A program made the position numbers and the translations under genes. From NCBI GenBank assembly GCA_965213925.1, contig OZ243927.1:3296001-3360000 (forward strand): a stretch of 64,000 nucleotides of DNA, written 5' to 3'. This DNA is from Trueperaceae bacterium (GTDB lineage: Bacteria; Deinococcota; Deinococci; Deinococcales; Trueperaceae). This document shows, piece after piece, positions 62,249 through 64,000 of this stretch. The stretch's first letter is position 1, and each line of letters begins with the position of its first letter. The notes under the pieces are model-generated. The model had not been told where the DNA came from, searched no databases, and was given only the letters and a program-made list of their open reading frames with translations.

Positions 62249-64000
62249 ATGCCTGACAAACCGAACCAAACACCGCTCCTCCAAAGTGACGCGCTTAAAA
62301 AGGCTAACGGTCACAAGATCGTCATCATCGACGGTCACGCGCTAGCCTTTCGCTCCTACTACGCGATTCGCGAGCTGTCGAACAGCAAGGGCGAAGCGAC
62401 GAACGCGGTGTACGGCTTTCTGCGCTCGCTGCTGCGCATCTTGCAAGAGGAGGGCGAGTTCGACGCGACGGTCGTCACTTTCGACGCGCCCGCTAAGACC
62501 TTTCGCCACGAGCAGTACGAGGACTACAAGGCGGGGCGCAAAGAGATACCCGAAGACTTGCCCGGACAGATCAGGACCATTAAAAAGGTCGTCGAGCTGT
62601 TGGGGCTCTACCAGATCGAGCAGGCGGGCTTAGAGGCGGACGACCTCATCGGCACCATCGCCAAGCGCTGTGAAGCGAAGGGATACAGCGTCGAAATCGT
62701 CACGAGCGACCGCGACGCCTACCAGCTCGTGTCGGAGCGGGTGTGCGTGCGCGGGCTCACCAAGGCAGAGCGCTTCGGACCCGACGAAGTCTTCGAAAAG
62801 TTCGGCGTGCGCGTGGACCAGTGGATCGACTACCGAGCGCTGACCGGCGACTCATCCGACAACATTCCGGGGGCCAAAGGTATCGGACCCAAAACGGCGG
62901 CGAAGTTGTTGCAGAGCTACGACACGCTCGACTATATTTTGGAGCACGTCGACGAGCTAGAGCCGGTCTCCGCCGCGAAAAAGGTCAAGGCGAGCTTGGG
63001 GGACGTCAAGTTCTCCAAAATGCTCTCGAAAATCGTCACCGACGCCGACATAGGCATCGACCCGGAAGGCTGGGCGAAGCGGGAGATGGCGCGCGAAGAC
63101 CTCCAGGAGGTGTTGGCGGGGCTCGAGTTCGGCTCTATCATTAACGAGCTTGGTTTGGGTAGCGCGGCGCAGTCCGGCGCGAGCCATACGTACCAAAAGA
63201 TTTCTTCGGCGGATATCTTTTTCGGCGGCAGCTTCGGTTACGTTTTGTCCGACGCCAACCCCATGAACGCGGAGCTAAGTGAACTCTCCGTCGCGTCAGC
63301 CGGAACCGTGGCGAACATCGCGGAGCGGTGGCGAGGCGACATCTTGCGCACGGAGGGCGAGTTAAATGCTTGTGATGCTAAAGCGCTTAGCGTCTACGCG
63401 CGGCGCGAAGGCTTGGACTGTAAGCCGGGCGATGATCCGCTTCTCATGGCGTATGTCTTAGACCCGAACGTAACCGAGCCCGAAACGGTCGCGCGGCGCT
63501 ACGGGGCGGGCGAGTGGGGCGCGGACAGCACCTCCCGCGCGACCGTCACCGCCGAGCTGCTCGACCTCTTGCCGGAGAAGTTGACGGGTAAACTCGGAGA
63601 CCTCTACGAAGAAATCGAAAAACCCCTCGCGGACGTTCTTGCCGAGATGGAATACACGGGCGTGCGGCTCGACGTACCCTTTTTGGAGGCGCAGTCGGCG
63701 GCGATGAACGAGACCTTGACGCGGCTCGAGACAGAGGTCCGCGAGATCGCCCAAAACCCCGAGCTGAACCTCAACTCGCGCGATCAATTGGCGGAGCTTT
63801 TGTACGAGAAGCTCGAGCTGCAACCCGGCAAAAAGACCTCCACGGGCAAACGCTCCACGGCGGTGAGCGCCTTAGAGCCGCTTCGCGACGCGCATCCCGT
63901 CGTGGGCCTTATCCTGGAATACCGCGAGCTGTCGAAGCTCAAGAGCACGTACTTAGACCCGCTGCCGCGCCTCGTCAACGAGCGAACGGGGCGGATTCAC
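62249..64000 (+). CDS. polA: DNA polymerase I (runs off window)
   Basis: Manual translation: IDGHALAFRSYYA, TNAVYGF, FRHEQYEDYKAGR, EADD, TSDRD, GDSSDNIPG.KGIGPKTA, NLNSRDQL, YRELSKLKSTY. Confidence 0.95.
   Translation, partial: MPDKPNQTPLLQSDALKKANGHKIVIIDGHALAFRSYYAIRELSNSKGEATNAVYGFLRSLLRILQEEGEFDATVVTFDAPAKTFRHEQYEDYKAGRKEIPEDLPGQIRTIKKVVELLGLYQIEQAGLEADDLIGTIAKRCEAKGYSVEIVTSDRDAYQLVSERVCVRGLTKAERFGPDEVFEKFGVRVDQWIDYRALTGDSSDNIPGAKGIGPKTAAKLLQSYDTLDYILEHVDELEPVSAAKKVKASLGDVKFSKMLSKIVTDADIGIDPEGWAKREMAREDLQEVLAGLEFGSIINELGLGSAAQSGASHTYQKISSADIFFGGSFGYVLSDANPMNAELSELSVASAGTVANIAERWRGDILRTEGELNACDAKALSVYARREGLDCKPGDDPLLMAYVLDPNVTEPETVARRYGAGEWGADSTSRATVTAELLDLLPEKLTGKLGDLYEEIEKPLADVLAEMEYTGVRLDVPFLEAQSAAMNETLTRLETEVREIAQNPELNLNSRDQLAELLYEKLELQPGKKTSTGKRSTAVSALEPLRDAHPVVGLILEYRELSKLKSTYLDPLPRLVNERTGRIH

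Noticed and set aside
62743..63978. Small ORFs at the right end of the window
   Set aside because: Shadows of polA, which the ORF track missed because its stop lies outside the window

Overview
GC-rich bacterial chromosomal window, most consistent with Deinococcota (Truepera-like). This rests on an LdrP-type CRP regulator, a DrRRA-like response regulator/kinase pair and many leaderless genes. Housekeeping genes (rlmN, glgC, radA, miaB, luxS, dnaJ-hspR, yebC, ligA, polA, tRNA-Gln) are interspersed with accessory genes. The main finding is a xanthorhodopsin/Gloeobacter-type rhodopsin (32370-33182) that keeps the retinal Lys and the carotenoid-fenestration Gly but has a Y-T-S helix-C motif instead of D-T-E, plus an acidic tail. 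Other points of interest: a GGDEF/ribbon-helix-helix fusion coupled to a deaminase, a rearranged ebo operon without eboA, a frameshifted BrnT toxin, a leaderless leader peptide coupled to tandem CNNM/CorC-like genes, strong CTCGAG enrichment with terminators built from it, and several REP/MITE families. All family calls are motif recognition by eye; no searches were run. Some apparent frameshifts may be assembly errors.
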